A stretch of DNA of 64,000 bases, from NCBI GenBank assembly GCA_963736005.1, contig CAVTNB010000003.1, positions 256,001 through 320,000 of the forward strand, in the 5' to 3' direction. Each line of letters opens with the position of its first letter. Positions within the stretch are counted from its first letter, which is position 1. Of this stretch, positions 1 through 9,034 are shown piece by piece. The notes beneath the pieces are model-generated. The model had not been told where the DNA came from. It worked only from the letters and a program-made list of their open reading frames with translations, and did no database searches. The DNA comes from an uncultured Pseudomonadota bacterium (lineage in GTDB: Bacteria > Vulcanimicrobiota > Vulcanimicrobiia > Eremiobacterales > Eremiobacteraceae). The translations under genes were made by a program, and so were the position numbers.

Positions 1-507
1 ACCCTATCTGTTCTTCTCATGGAAGTGAGCCGGCGGATAGGTCTTCCGTTGGAAGGCGTAGGGCTTCCTGGGCATTTTGTCGTGAGGTTTCCGGACCCAA
101 CAAGCCGGCTCTACATTGACCCGTTTCACGAGGGCGCTATCATGGACGTGTCGCAATGCGTCGCGCTAGTGGAGCGAATTTACCACGGTCGCGTCGCGTG
201 GCGGGATGACTTCCTTGCGCCGCTCGACCACCGCTCGATCGTCAAGCGAGTGCTGTTGAATCTCAAGAACACCTTCAGTCAAGCGCAAGATTATTCCGGA
301 GGTCTGAGCGCCATCCAATTGCGCATGCTGCTTGACCCAACCGATGTCGCCGAGCTCCGCGACCGCGGCATCCTTTTTGCCCGCTTGCGACGCTACGATC
401 GAGCGATCGAAGACCTTGAAGCGTATTTACGGCGCTCGCCGGATGCCGGCGACAGCCAGCACATTCGGAATACGGTCCAGTACCTGCGTCAGGAGCGCAA
501 TCAATAA
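1..507 (+). CDS. SirB1-like transglutaminase-like/TPR protein (5' partial)
   Basis: Frame is open from base 1 (TLSVLLMEVSRRIG). GVGLPGHFVVR...YIDPF motif and C-terminal TPR (ELRDRGILFARL..AIEDLEAYL). Confidence 0.8.
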   Translation, partial: TLSVLLMEVSRRIGLPLEGVGLPGHFVVRFPDPTSRLYIDPFHEGAIMDVSQCVALVERIYHGRVAWRDDFLAPLDHRSIVKRVLLNLKNTFSQAQDYSGGLSAIQLRMLLDPTDVAELRDRGILFARLRRYDRAIEDLEAYLRRSPDAGDSQHIRNTVQYLRQERNQ

Positions 508-510
508 GCT

Positions 511-1839
511 ATGAACGAATTCTTGCGCCGCCGCGAGCGGTTCGTCAAGGCAATGGGCGATGCCGTCGCCATTTTTCCAAGCGCGCCGGAGGTAACTCGC
601 AGCAACGACACGGACTTTGACTTTCGTCAAGATTCGGACTTCTACTACCTCACGGGATTCGAAGAGCCCAATGCCATTTTGGTGCTCGCGCCCAATCATC
701 CAACGATCAAATCCGCGCTCTTCGTCATGCCGAGCGACAAGGAGAAGGAGACTTGGAACGGACGGCGCGCCGGCCTCGAGGGCGCAAAGACTCTCGTTGG
801 AGTTGATGCGACGTATCCGACGAGCGAGTTTGAAACTCGTCTCGGGGAATTCTTGGAGACCTCTGGACGCTTGTACTACTCTTTTGCCGGCGCTCGGGCG
901 CTGAACGAGCAGATCGAGAGCCGCTTACGTCATTATCGGCGAGCGCGAGCGCGAGCCGACGGGGGGCCGTTTGAAGTCATCGACCCGAGCGTGCTCGTGC
1001 ACGAACTGCGCGTCATTAAATCGGCTTTTGACATCGCGGGAATGCGGCGCGCGGTTGAAGTTTCAGGTTTAGGGCACGTTGCGGCCATGCGCTACTCGCG
1101 ACCCGGCATGCACGAGTACGAAGTCGAAGCGATCGTCGAGTACGTGTTTGCCAGTCACGGCGCTCAGGCGCCCGCGTATCCAAGCATCGTGACGAGCGGT
1201 AAGAACCTTGCAATCATTCATTATCGAACCAACCGCGATCTGATTCCGGACGGTTCGCTTGTCCTCGTCGACGCCGGCGCCGAAGTTGACTATTATTGCG
1301 GCGATATCACGCGCACGTGGCCGATTTCCGGGAAGTTTTCAAGCGAGCAGCGCGTGGTCTATGAAATCGTACTTGCAGCAAACATGCGCGCGCTCGAATT
1401 GTGCAGGCCTGGTAAGAAAATCGGGTCGGACGTCAACGATGCGGCAGCGCGCGTGCTCGTGGAAGGCCTGATCGATCTCGGCTTGTTGCAAGGCAGCGCC
1501 GACGAGCATTTGGAGAAAGGGACGCACAAACGGTTCACGCTCCATCGCATTGGACATTGGCTTGGTCTAGATACACACGACGTCGGATCGTACCGCCATG
1601 GTGGTGACTGGCGGGCCTTTGAGCCGGGCATGATTGTGACGATCGAGCCTGGCTTGTACGTCGCCGATGATCCAGACGTGCCACAGCGTTTCCGCGGTAT
1701 TTCCGTGCGTGTTGAGGATGACGTCCTGATCACAAGTTCTGATCCCGATGTGCTCTCGAGCGGGGTGCCCAAGAGCATCAAAGCGATCGAACAGGTAATG
1801 GCCGAAGGTCGTAGCACAGCGCAAGCACTTATCGCATGA
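511..1839 (+). CDS. pepP: Xaa-Pro aminopeptidase (aminopeptidase P)
   Basis: FRQDSDFYYLTGFEEP N-domain; DAGAE, DITRTWP, HRIGHWLGLDTHD and TIEPGLY M24 motifs. Confidence 0.93.
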   Translation: MNEFLRRRERFVKAMGDAVAIFPSAPEVTRSNDTDFDFRQDSDFYYLTGFEEPNAILVLAPNHPTIKSALFVMPSDKEKETWNGRRAGLEGAKTLVGVDATYPTSEFETRLGEFLETSGRLYYSFAGARALNEQIESRLRHYRRARARADGGPFEVIDPSVLVHELRVIKSAFDIAGMRRAVEVSGLGHVAAMRYSRPGMHEYEVEAIVEYVFASHGAQAPAYPSIVTSGKNLAIIHYRTNRDLIPDGSLVLVDAGAEVDYYCGDITRTWPISGKFSSEQRVVYEIVLAANMRALELCRPGKKIGSDVNDAAARVLVEGLIDLGLLQGSADEHLEKGTHKRFTLHRIGHWLGLDTHDVGSYRHGGDWRAFEPGMIVTIEPGLYVADDPDVPQRFRGISVRVEDDVLITSSDPDVLSSGVPKSIKAIEQVMAEGRSTAQALIA

Positions 1840-3008
1840 CCGCGCCTGATCTGGCGCACCTGGACGACCGCGTCATCGAGTGGCGGCGTGAGATTCACCG
1901 CCATCCAGAGCTCGGATTCCTCGAACAGCGGACGAGTGCGTTGGTCGAGCGCGAGCTCACCCGGGCTGGGATTCCTCACCGGCGAGTGGCGCAAACTGGC
2001 GTCGTCGGTCTCCTCGAGGGCCGCAAGCCGGGAAAGACCCTGCTCTTGCGCGCCGACATGGACGCATTGCCCGTTCCCGAGCGCAGCGGCGAGCCATTTG
2101 CTTCTGACATTCCCGGCGTCATGCACGCCTGCGGGCACGATGCGCACACAGCGATGCTGCTTGGTGCCGCGGTGTGGCTCGCCTCGCAGCGCGACCGCAT
2201 CGAGGGTGCGATTAAATTTGTCTTTCAACCCGCTGAAGAAGGACCGGGTGGTGCAAAACCAATGATCGCTGCGGGCGTTCTCGAATCGCCCGCAGTCAGC
2301 GCAGCGGTCATGATCCACGTCTTGCCGCTGCTGCCCGCGGGCGTCATTGGCTGGCGGGTGGGACCAATTCAGGCCTCGGCCGACGATTTCATCATTTCGA
2401 TCAGCGGTCGTGGTGGTCACGCCGCCTCTCCGCATCTCGGTGTCGACACGATCCCCATAGCGGCCGAAGTCGTCAGTTCTTTGCAGCGCATTGCTAGCCG
2501 CGAAGTCGATCCTTTGGAGGGCGTTGTTGTCTCCATCGGAACGATCAATGGAGGGTATCGTCGCAACGTCATCGCCGATCGAACCGAGCTGGCTGGCACC
2601 GTGCGCTGCTTTTCCGAGGAGCTACGCACGACGATGCCACAGCGGCTGGAGAGAATCGCCGCTGGCATAAGCCAGGCGCACGGTGCTCAGTGCAAGGTTG
2701 AGTACGAATGGGGATATCCACCGGTCATCAACGATGCGCGATTGACGAAGCTGGTGGCGGCAATAGCGCAGAGCACGCCGGACGTTCCCGCTGTCGTCGA
2801 ACTCCCCGCCCCGCGTATGGGTGCCGAAGACTTCGCGTATTTCGCACAGGCAGTCCCTGGCTGCATGCTTCGTTTGGGCTCCGCCCCAGAGGGAGCAGGT
2901 CCCCATGCCATGCTTCATTCGCCGGAGTTTCGTCTCAACGAAGAAGCCTTGCGCAGCGGCGTGAGAATTTTTTGCGAACTCGCATTGCGTTTGCCGCAAA
3001 ATTTGTGA
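1836..3008 (+). CDS. M20 family amidohydrolase
   Basis: HRHPELGF, LRADMDALP, MHACGHDAH, FQPAEEG, GAEDF motifs; ATGA overlap with pepP. Confidence 0.92.
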   Translation: MTAPDLAHLDDRVIEWRREIHRHPELGFLEQRTSALVERELTRAGIPHRRVAQTGVVGLLEGRKPGKTLLLRADMDALPVPERSGEPFASDIPGVMHACGHDAHTAMLLGAAVWLASQRDRIEGAIKFVFQPAEEGPGGAKPMIAAGVLESPAVSAAVMIHVLPLLPAGVIGWRVGPIQASADDFIISISGRGGHAASPHLGVDTIPIAAEVVSSLQRIASREVDPLEGVVVSIGTINGGYRRNVIADRTELAGTVRCFSEELRTTMPQRLERIAAGISQAHGAQCKVEYEWGYPPVINDARLTKLVAAIAQSTPDVPAVVELPAPRMGAEDFAYFAQAVPGCMLRLGSAPEGAGPHAMLHSPEFRLNEEALRSGVRIFCELALRLPQNL

Positions 3009-3111
3009 CAGCCATCACAGGCGCAATCGGACTACTCTAAGTCGAACTTCTCCCTGCGTCGATACTATCTTTAACACCGCAGTCGCGAGTGTCGAAAGCG
3101 TAGGGAGCAGC

Positions 3112-3984
3112 GTGGAGAACAAGCAGGACCATTTTCGGTTTCGGCGTCGGGCTATTCCAACGCCGGGCGCGGAACAGCCCCGCAACAAGTTTGGAATCAT
3201 TTTGATGGTCGCCACGGCGGCGATCATCTTGCCCGCAATGATCTACGGGATCATGCACCCGTCCAACATCTCCTCGACCGTGAAACAGATCGCTCGACAC
3301 ATACCAATGCAAGTGAAAGATTTGCGAGTGGCGATCGTTGCGTCGCGATCAACGCCCACGCCGCAACCGAGTGCGACGCCAACACCGGCACCCACGCCAA
3401 CCGCGGGCGGGCAGTCGTCAAAGGCGCACAATGCAGCACTTGCGGCACACGAGCTTCATCTAAAGCATCTGCGAGAGCTCGCTCTGGCATCTGCACACGC
3501 CAGGAAACTTGCCTCGACCGGTCAGACCTCGGACGTTGCAGGGACTGGCCCAACGACACCTGCCAATACGCCCGCGAACCAGGGGTCCTCTGCTTTGACC
3601 GGCACAAGTACAGCCGCGATGAGGACGAACGCGGTAGCGGCAACACCAACACCAGCTGCTCTCGCCATGGCGCAGGCGCCGGAAGCGGACGCAACACCTG
3701 TGTACGCACCGGATGTCGTCGTTGACGCGCGCTTTACGCACCAGGTGCAACCCGATTATCCGGAAATGGCAAAGACCCAAGGCGCGGAAGGGACGGCGGT
3801 TGTGCTTGCGACGATCGGGCCGAGCGGCACCGTCGTGTCCGCCCGTATCGATCAGTCAACTGGAAATAAGATGCTCGACGAGGCAGCACTCACTGCTGCC
3901 AAAGATAGCGGATTCCAGCCGCCGATTATCAACGGCAAGCCGGCTACGGAAACCTACAGGCTCGTTTACACCTTCGCGCTGTAA
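3112..3984 (+). CDS. TonB family energy transducer
   Basis: N-terminal TM anchor, Pro/Thr/Ala-rich linker, C-terminal PDYPEMAK..GAEG..STGNKMLDEAAL TonB_C domain. Confidence 0.85.
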   Translation: MENKQDHFRFRRRAIPTPGAEQPRNKFGIILMVATAAIILPAMIYGIMHPSNISSTVKQIARHIPMQVKDLRVAIVASRSTPTPQPSATPTPAPTPTAGGQSSKAHNAALAAHELHLKHLRELALASAHARKLASTGQTSDVAGTGPTTPANTPANQGSSALTGTSTAAMRTNAVAATPTPAALAMAQAPEADATPVYAPDVVVDARFTHQVQPDYPEMAKTQGAEGTAVVLATIGPSGTVVSARIDQSTGNKMLDEAALTAAKDSGFQPPIINGKPATETYRLVYTFAL

Positions 3985-4002
3985 CCTCCCCACGCGTTCT
4001 CC

Positions 4003-4192
4003 GTAGGGGGCGATTGGAAAATCGCCCCTCTTGTTCTAGCGTAGTCGCGCGAATTTATTCGCGCGTGTAAGGGCGATTGGAAAATCGCCCCTCTTGTTCT
4101 AGCGTAGTCGCGCGAATTTATTCGCGCGTGTAAGGGCGATTGGAAAATCGCCCCTCTTGTTCTAGCGTAGTCGCGCGAATTTATTCGCGCGT
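4003..4192 (+). repeat. Tandem array of three ~63-bp units, each REP-A + linker + REP-C (BIME-like)
   Basis: Units start at 4003, 4067 and 4130. Each contains palindrome GGGCGATTGGAAAATCGCCC, linker CTCTTGTTCTAGC and GTAGT-CGCGCGAATTTATTCGCGCG. Confidence 0.9.
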
Positions 4193-4300
4193 CGTCGGCG
4201 ACTGTGTAGTCACCCTCTTTCACAAAGTCTCGGCCGGATCGCGCAGGACGCGGGGCGATGCGCGCTAGAAATGCGTCCCCCCCGAACTCAGTAAGGAGGA

Positions 4301-4684
4301 ATGACGGTGAGTCAACGTTCTTTTCATATCACCGGGCTTGACTTAAGCGGTTACATGGTCAAAGACGCATCCCGCGCGATCGCTTTCTATCGCGACGTGC
4401 TCGGCATCGAACCGATCATGGTCTATCCCGACAACAGGGGAGCGGAATACGAATTTGCGGATGGCACGACCTTTGGTCTATGGGGCGGGGGCGGTGCCGT
4501 GATGCCGTTCCAACCAAGTAATGGCATTCTGTTTGCTGTTGACGATCTTGATGCCGCCGTTTCCGCGCTCAAGGCGCGCAACATTCCCGTCCTTATGCAA
4601 CACGAAACCCCTAACTGCTTCTTGGCGATGATCCACGACACCGAGGGCAACATCGTAACGTTGCACAAGCGCAAGGCGTCGTAG
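4301..4684 (+). CDS. VOC/glyoxalase family protein
   Basis: YMVKDASRAIAFYRDVLG...FAVDDLD...DTEGNIVTLH; RBS AAGGAGG. Confidence 0.9.
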   Translation: MTVSQRSFHITGLDLSGYMVKDASRAIAFYRDVLGIEPIMVYPDNRGAEYEFADGTTFGLWGGGGAVMPFQPSNGILFAVDDLDAAVSALKARNIPVLMQHETPNCFLAMIHDTEGNIVTLHKRKAS

Positions 4685-4710
4685 CACGGCCTGATCAAGA
4701 GATTTTGCGG

Positions 4711-4756
4711 ACGCGCGAATAAATTCGAAAGGGGCGATTTTCCAATCGCCCCCTAC
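4711..4756 (-). repeat. Inverted REP-A plus partial REP-C
   Basis: Reverse complement reads GTAGGGGGCGATTGGAAAATCGCCCCTTTCGAATTTATTCGCGCGT, an internally deleted copy of the array unit. Confidence 0.88.
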
Positions 4757-4764
4757 ATTTGCGA

Positions 4765-6228
4765 TTAGGTTTGGGAGGCGGCGAGAAGTTCCGAGTGCCG
4801 CTGCTCAACCGCGGGATCTGTCGTGTGCTCTAAGATTAACGCAAGCGTCGAGACGGCTTGCTCCAGTTCACCCGCGTCAGCTTGGCGGTCTGCCAACTGC
4901 AAGCCGAGGGCGGCAGCATCATCAAATCGCTCCAGCCCCAAATAGCATTCCAAGAGCGGGGTCGCAACGTCAGGATCAAACCCTGCTTTGATCAGTCGCT
5001 CGTAGCTGGACGCTGCTGAGGCAAAATCACCCGCGTTAAACGCGGTATCGCCTTTTCTCCGCGTAAATGCCGCAAGCCCAGGCGGCAGTCCACCAGCGGT
5101 CGTGGGTTGCGTGCTCCCAATGCTGACCGACGGGGTGTAGCCCTGGGGAGCCGCCGGGCGCGCGGTATCACGCGTGCTTGATTGAGCGCCATTGGATGCG
5201 CTCTGGCTTACGACCCCTTCGGGCTCTTCGCTTGCCGCGGAACCAAACAGGATACGTATCTCGTCATCACTCGCAGGCTCGACGTTCGACACGTCATCCC
5301 ATGCCGAACTCGCCTCGATCTCGCTTGGATGGCCGGCCCACGACGGTGCTGCTTCCGAGGGCTCCTGTGCAGCCTCGTCGGGCTGCTCAGACGCTTGCTG
5401 TTCGGATTCGTCGGCGAATTCTTCAACGGGCGTTTCGGCTTGAGATGCAACCGGTTGCTCCGCAGCCGCCTTCGCAACAGAGTCAGACGCCGGAAGCACC
5501 GACAATCGTCTCTCGATTCCGGCCCATCGCGCGTCATCCAGTCCTGCGTCACGCGCAGTTTCTACCACGCGCGCGATTTGATCGCGCTTTTGGCTAAACG
5601 CATCGTCCGAGAACGACTCGAGCCACCGCAAGACGTCGCTCGCCGACTGAGGCGAGACTTCGAGTAGTTTTTGAGCGAAGACAGGAACCGACTCAAAATG
5701 TTGGGCCTGCATGAGCTCGCCAATCCCGCGCCGCAAATAGTCCACCGCTTCGCTGTTACGGCTCATGATCGCGTAGAGCTCGCCAAGACGCGCCTGGATG
5801 GCGCCGTCATCGGGTATGAGCTTTTCGCAGTAGCGATATTCATCGATGGCGTCGGCCATGTACGACCCGCGATACAAACCTTCGGCATTTGCAAGGCGGA
5901 TAACCGGATCATCAGGATTTTCGGTTGCAAGAGCGCTGAGCAATTCCAGAATCGAATCGTTCACCTGCGCCTGGCGTGTGAGTTTCGCAAACTGCTTGCC
6001 AAGCACAGCGCGGTCGGCTCCCAGGGGGTTGACCTCCTTGGAACCGAACAGACCGCGCTTCTTCTCACGCGTATTGAGAACTTCAGCGAGAATGAGGACC
6101 GCAGCATCCCAGCGCCGCTCGTTTGCCATAGCGTCGGTAGCTTCGACGTACAAAGGGACCGCCGCCCTAAGTCCCTTGAGGGCGGCGACCTCTTGAGCCT
6201 TCGCGAGTTTACTAGAACCTTGCGTCAC
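4765..6228 (-). CDS. TPR-repeat protein with acidic low-complexity linker
   Basis: Helical TPR-like N- and C-terminal blocks separated by an E/D/S/P-rich linker. Overlaps the upstream TPR gene. Confidence 0.7.
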   Translation of the reverse strand: MTQGSSKLAKAQEVAALKGLRAAVPLYVEATDAMANERRWDAAVLILAEVLNTREKKRGLFGSKEVNPLGADRAVLGKQFAKLTRQAQVNDSILELLSALATENPDDPVIRLANAEGLYRGSYMADAIDEYRYCEKLIPDDGAIQARLGELYAIMSRNSEAVDYLRRGIGELMQAQHFESVPVFAQKLLEVSPQSASDVLRWLESFSDDAFSQKRDQIARVVETARDAGLDDARWAGIERRLSVLPASDSVAKAAAEQPVASQAETPVEEFADESEQQASEQPDEAAQEPSEAAPSWAGHPSEIEASSAWDDVSNVEPASDDEIRILFGSAASEEPEGVVSQSASNGAQSSTRDTARPAAPQGYTPSVSIGSTQPTTAGGLPPGLAAFTRRKGDTAFNAGDFASAASSYERLIKAGFDPDVATPLLECYLGLERFDDAAALGLQLADRQADAGELEQAVSTLALILEHTTDPAVEQRHSELLAASQT

Positions 6229-8845
6229 GTCCGCCTCGCCCGTCGCGGGTCAACACGGGGTTCGGCTCAGGCACCTCGATCTTTGCGAGCTGGTCTTTGA
6301 GTGCGGTGATCCGATCGCCAACGTCTCGGTAATCTGGCGCACCAGCTTGAATTTCCTCAAACGACCAGAGCGCAAGATTGAGCGATTCCTGATCGCCTCT
6401 GCTTTCGTACAGGTCCGCGAGGTTGTAGAGAACGTCTCGATACTGAGCATCTGGTTGGCCCGGAATTTCGAGCGCCTTTGAAAAGTGCTGCGCAGCCTCG
6501 TCCGTGCGGCCGAGTCCCCGCAAGCACAACCCGATACCGTTCTCTCGAAGGACGCCATAGTCGCCATCCGACAAGGCCTCGAAAATGGACAACGCTTCTT
6601 TGAAACGCTTGAGGTCAACATACGAGAGGGCGAGGCAGTAGCGACCTGCGATACTCGTGCTTCCACCGCTGACGAGCTTCTCGCATGCCTTTACCGCCGC
6701 GGCAGCGTTGCCGCTTTCGCGCAAGCGCTGCGCCGCTTCAACGTATCGTACATCTGGATCGGCGGCGCCGTTGGCGCCATCGCGAGCGGCGCGGAGCGCC
6801 TCGTCAAGTCGTCCGGCAACGACGAGCGCATCAACATCAATTTTCCCGCCATCTGCCTTCTTCGCAGAAGCGGCGGCCGCGCTCGCTGGTGCGGCGGCTG
6901 GCTTGGCTGCCGGCGCCGGTGCCGCAGCCGCAGGTGCGGCGGCCGCAGGTGCTGGCGCCTTCGGTGCCGCTGGAGCTGCGCCATTGACCTGGGATGAGGC
7001 AGCTTGGAATTGACTGTCGCGCTGAGCACGCTTTTGATCTAACTGGCCAATTGCAGCCGCGGCCTGTGACTTCTTTGCTTCGATTGCAGGAGACAGCGTG
7101 CTCAGGTCGTTGCGCGCCGCATCGACTTGCGCTTTGAGCTGTTGGAGCGTTGCAACGGTTGCTTTGAGTTGGGCAATGCTCGCTGCCGCAGAAGTGGCGT
7201 CTGCTTTGGCTGACTTCGATTCCGCCAGCACGCTTTGCAGTTGACCCTGGACATCGTCTGCTTGCGCTCGCGCAGCGGTGATCCGGTTCATGAGATCGGT
7301 CGCGGTCTTCTCAACTGCGCCCGCATTAGTAGCAGCTTCGGCGACCCGCTTTTGTGCCGACTCGAGCGTGCTGGCTGCATTCGTGATGAGCGTGGCGACG
7401 CCAGAGGACTTCGCTTCCACATCGCTGATGAATTGCGGCAGCGCCGCAAGTTTCTCCAAATTCGCTCGCGTGGCTTCGAGTTTCGCCCGCAGATCATCAA
7501 GCGCTTTATCCTCAGCAGCTTTCGCCTGGCTTACCGTGTCAAGCTGGGCCTTGAGGGATGCAATGCTTGATTCGACGCTGCCTCGTTGTGCGTTGAGCGC
7601 CTCGAGCGATGCTTGGGCGGCCTTGATATCTCGCTCGATGGCAACGCGCTTCTTGTATGCCTCGGCAACCTCGGCCGTAATTGCAGCCAGTTTCGAAGTA
7701 ACTTCCGACTGCTGCTCGAGCAGTGTCACTTCTTCTGGAAGATCGTTATCCATGGCGCTCCCTGTGGCAACCGGCTCGGCCGGCGAGGATTTGGGTGCAT
7801 CTAACATCGAGCTCGTACCGTTTACAATCGGCGCCGAGGGCGCAGCTTGCTTCGCGGTTTGGGCGGCGACTGCGGGAGCAGGCGCTGCCTTTGGAGGCGG
7901 CGGTGGCGTTGCGGCGACGCGCGCCGCCGCTGGAGCCAGCTTGGCTGGCGCCGAAGCGAATACAGGCGGCGTGGGTTTCGCCGCGGGCGCAGCGCTCGCG
8001 GCGGCTGGTCTCGCTGGTGCCGCGGGCGCTACCACCGTCTTGGCGGGCTGTGCGGGTGCGGCAGCGGGCTTTAGTATCTGCTTTTGGGCAGGCTCTTGTG
8101 TCTTGGCCGGCTCGACCTTTGAGAGCTCGGATTCCAAACGGCGCGCTTCCCAGTTGTCATCTTCGATTTGCAGCGCACTATCGACGAGCCGTCGCGCTTC
8201 TTTGTATTGCATGGCAGCCATCGCTGCGCGAGCGCCTTGCAAATAGAATCCTAGCGCATCGCCGAGCATGCTCTTCTTGCGATAGAGATCTGCCAAGCGC
8301 GTCAGCGTAGGGACGTGATGGCGGTCGCGCTCCGCAATCTTTTTGTACGCCGCGATTGCTTGATCGGTTTGACCATCACCCTCGTACAGAACCGCGGCTT
8401 CGTAGAGCGCGGGCAAATGCCGCAGATTTGACTTGCGCAGTACTTCGACAAATTTTTCCAGCGCTTGTTCGCGCTTGTTCTCAGCCAGGTCGACGCGACC
8501 AAGCTCAAACAACGCGTCATAACTTTTTTGGTCGAGTGTATGGGCCGACGCGAAGCTCGATCGCGCAATGGCCAAATCACCGGCATCGAGTGCTTTGCGC
8601 CCGCAGTCGAGGAAGGTGGTGATTGCATCCGACGTTGCGCCCGCAGTCCCAAGTGCTTTGGCGGCATCCATCCGCGTACTTAATGATAGATCAGACTGCT
8701 TGAGAAGTTGACGTAGTGTGACTGCCGCCCCATCCATGTCGCCTCGGGCCAACTGATCGCGCGCCTTGACGACAGCAGGATTGGTCGGCTCGGCTGGCTG
8801 GCCGGCGGCTGCATCGTTGCGCCGATTTTTTCCGAGATTGGACAT
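6212..8845 (-). CDS. Large TPR / coiled-coil protein
   Basis: N-terminal TPRs, Ala/Pro linker, long heptad-rich coiled coil, second linker, C-terminal TPRs ending in PDYRDVGDRI. Confidence 0.8.
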   Translation of the reverse strand: MSNLGKNRRNDAAAGQPAEPTNPAVVKARDQLARGDMDGAAVTLRQLLKQSDLSLSTRMDAAKALGTAGATSDAITTFLDCGRKALDAGDLAIARSSFASAHTLDQKSYDALFELGRVDLAENKREQALEKFVEVLRKSNLRHLPALYEAAVLYEGDGQTDQAIAAYKKIAERDRHHVPTLTRLADLYRKKSMLGDALGFYLQGARAAMAAMQYKEARRLVDSALQIEDDNWEARRLESELSKVEPAKTQEPAQKQILKPAAAPAQPAKTVVAPAAPARPAAASAAPAAKPTPPVFASAPAKLAPAAARVAATPPPPPKAAPAPAVAAQTAKQAAPSAPIVNGTSSMLDAPKSSPAEPVATGSAMDNDLPEEVTLLEQQSEVTSKLAAITAEVAEAYKKRVAIERDIKAAQASLEALNAQRGSVESSIASLKAQLDTVSQAKAAEDKALDDLRAKLEATRANLEKLAALPQFISDVEAKSSGVATLITNAASTLESAQKRVAEAATNAGAVEKTATDLMNRITAARAQADDVQGQLQSVLAESKSAKADATSAAASIAQLKATVATLQQLKAQVDAARNDLSTLSPAIEAKKSQAAAAIGQLDQKRAQRDSQFQAASSQVNGAAPAAPKAPAPAAAAPAAAAPAPAAKPAAAPASAAAASAKKADGGKIDVDALVVAGRLDEALRAARDGANGAADPDVRYVEAAQRLRESGNAAAAVKACEKLVSGGSTSIAGRYCLALSYVDLKRFKEALSIFEALSDGDYGVLRENGIGLCLRGLGRTDEAAQHFSKALEIPGQPDAQYRDVLYNLADLYESRGDQESLNLALWSFEEIQAGAPDYRDVGDRITALKDQLAKIEVPEPNPVLTRDGRGGRDARF

Positions 8846-8981
8846 CGCGTACTACCCTTAACCGGGCCGCTTTTTTTGGGTCGAACAAGCCGGATGGGAG
8901 CTCGCCGCACCTATGGAGCGCGCCGTCTTTCTCATAATAGAATCGGCCAGTTGCGCCCAAGCCGTTAAGGGCCGAGGCGAA

Positions 8982-8997
8982 TCGAACGCTCGTTCGA
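8982..8997. promoter_or_regulatory. Candidate LexA SOS box (Gram-positive type)
   Basis: TCGAAC-GCTC-GTTCGA matches GAAC-N4-GTTC; intergenic, upstream of the minus-strand TPR genes. Confidence 0.4.
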
Positions 8998-9009
8998 GGC
9001 ATCGTGCAG

Positions 9010-9034
9010 AGCGGACCTAAAGGTTCGCTGCTAC
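9010..9034 (-). repeat. REP-B copy overlapping the trxB stop codon
   Basis: Reverse complement is GTAGC-AGCGAACCTTTAGGTCCGCT; the TAG of GTAG is the trxB stop. Confidence 0.8.

Noticed and set aside
4003..4192. Possible CRISPR array
   Set aside because: The sequences between the palindromes are identical (no unique spacers) and there are no cas genes. It is a REP tandem array.
3966..4223. 85-aa minus-strand ORF with a triple peptide repeat
   Set aside because: It is simply the 63-bp (multiple of 3) DNA repeat read through; there is no independent coding evidence.
4243..4272. Recurrent CAGGA-N19-GAA alternative-sigma promoter motif (also near 61746)
   Set aside because: Only two equally spaced instances; other candidates have variable spacing. 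It cannot be supported without motif statistics.
7278..8246. 322-aa plus-strand ORF and other long antisense ORFs (e.g. 1359-2435, 13009-13881, 60062-61087)
   Set aside because: Shadow ORFs opposite or overlapping well-supported genes in GC-rich DNA; no recognisable motifs.
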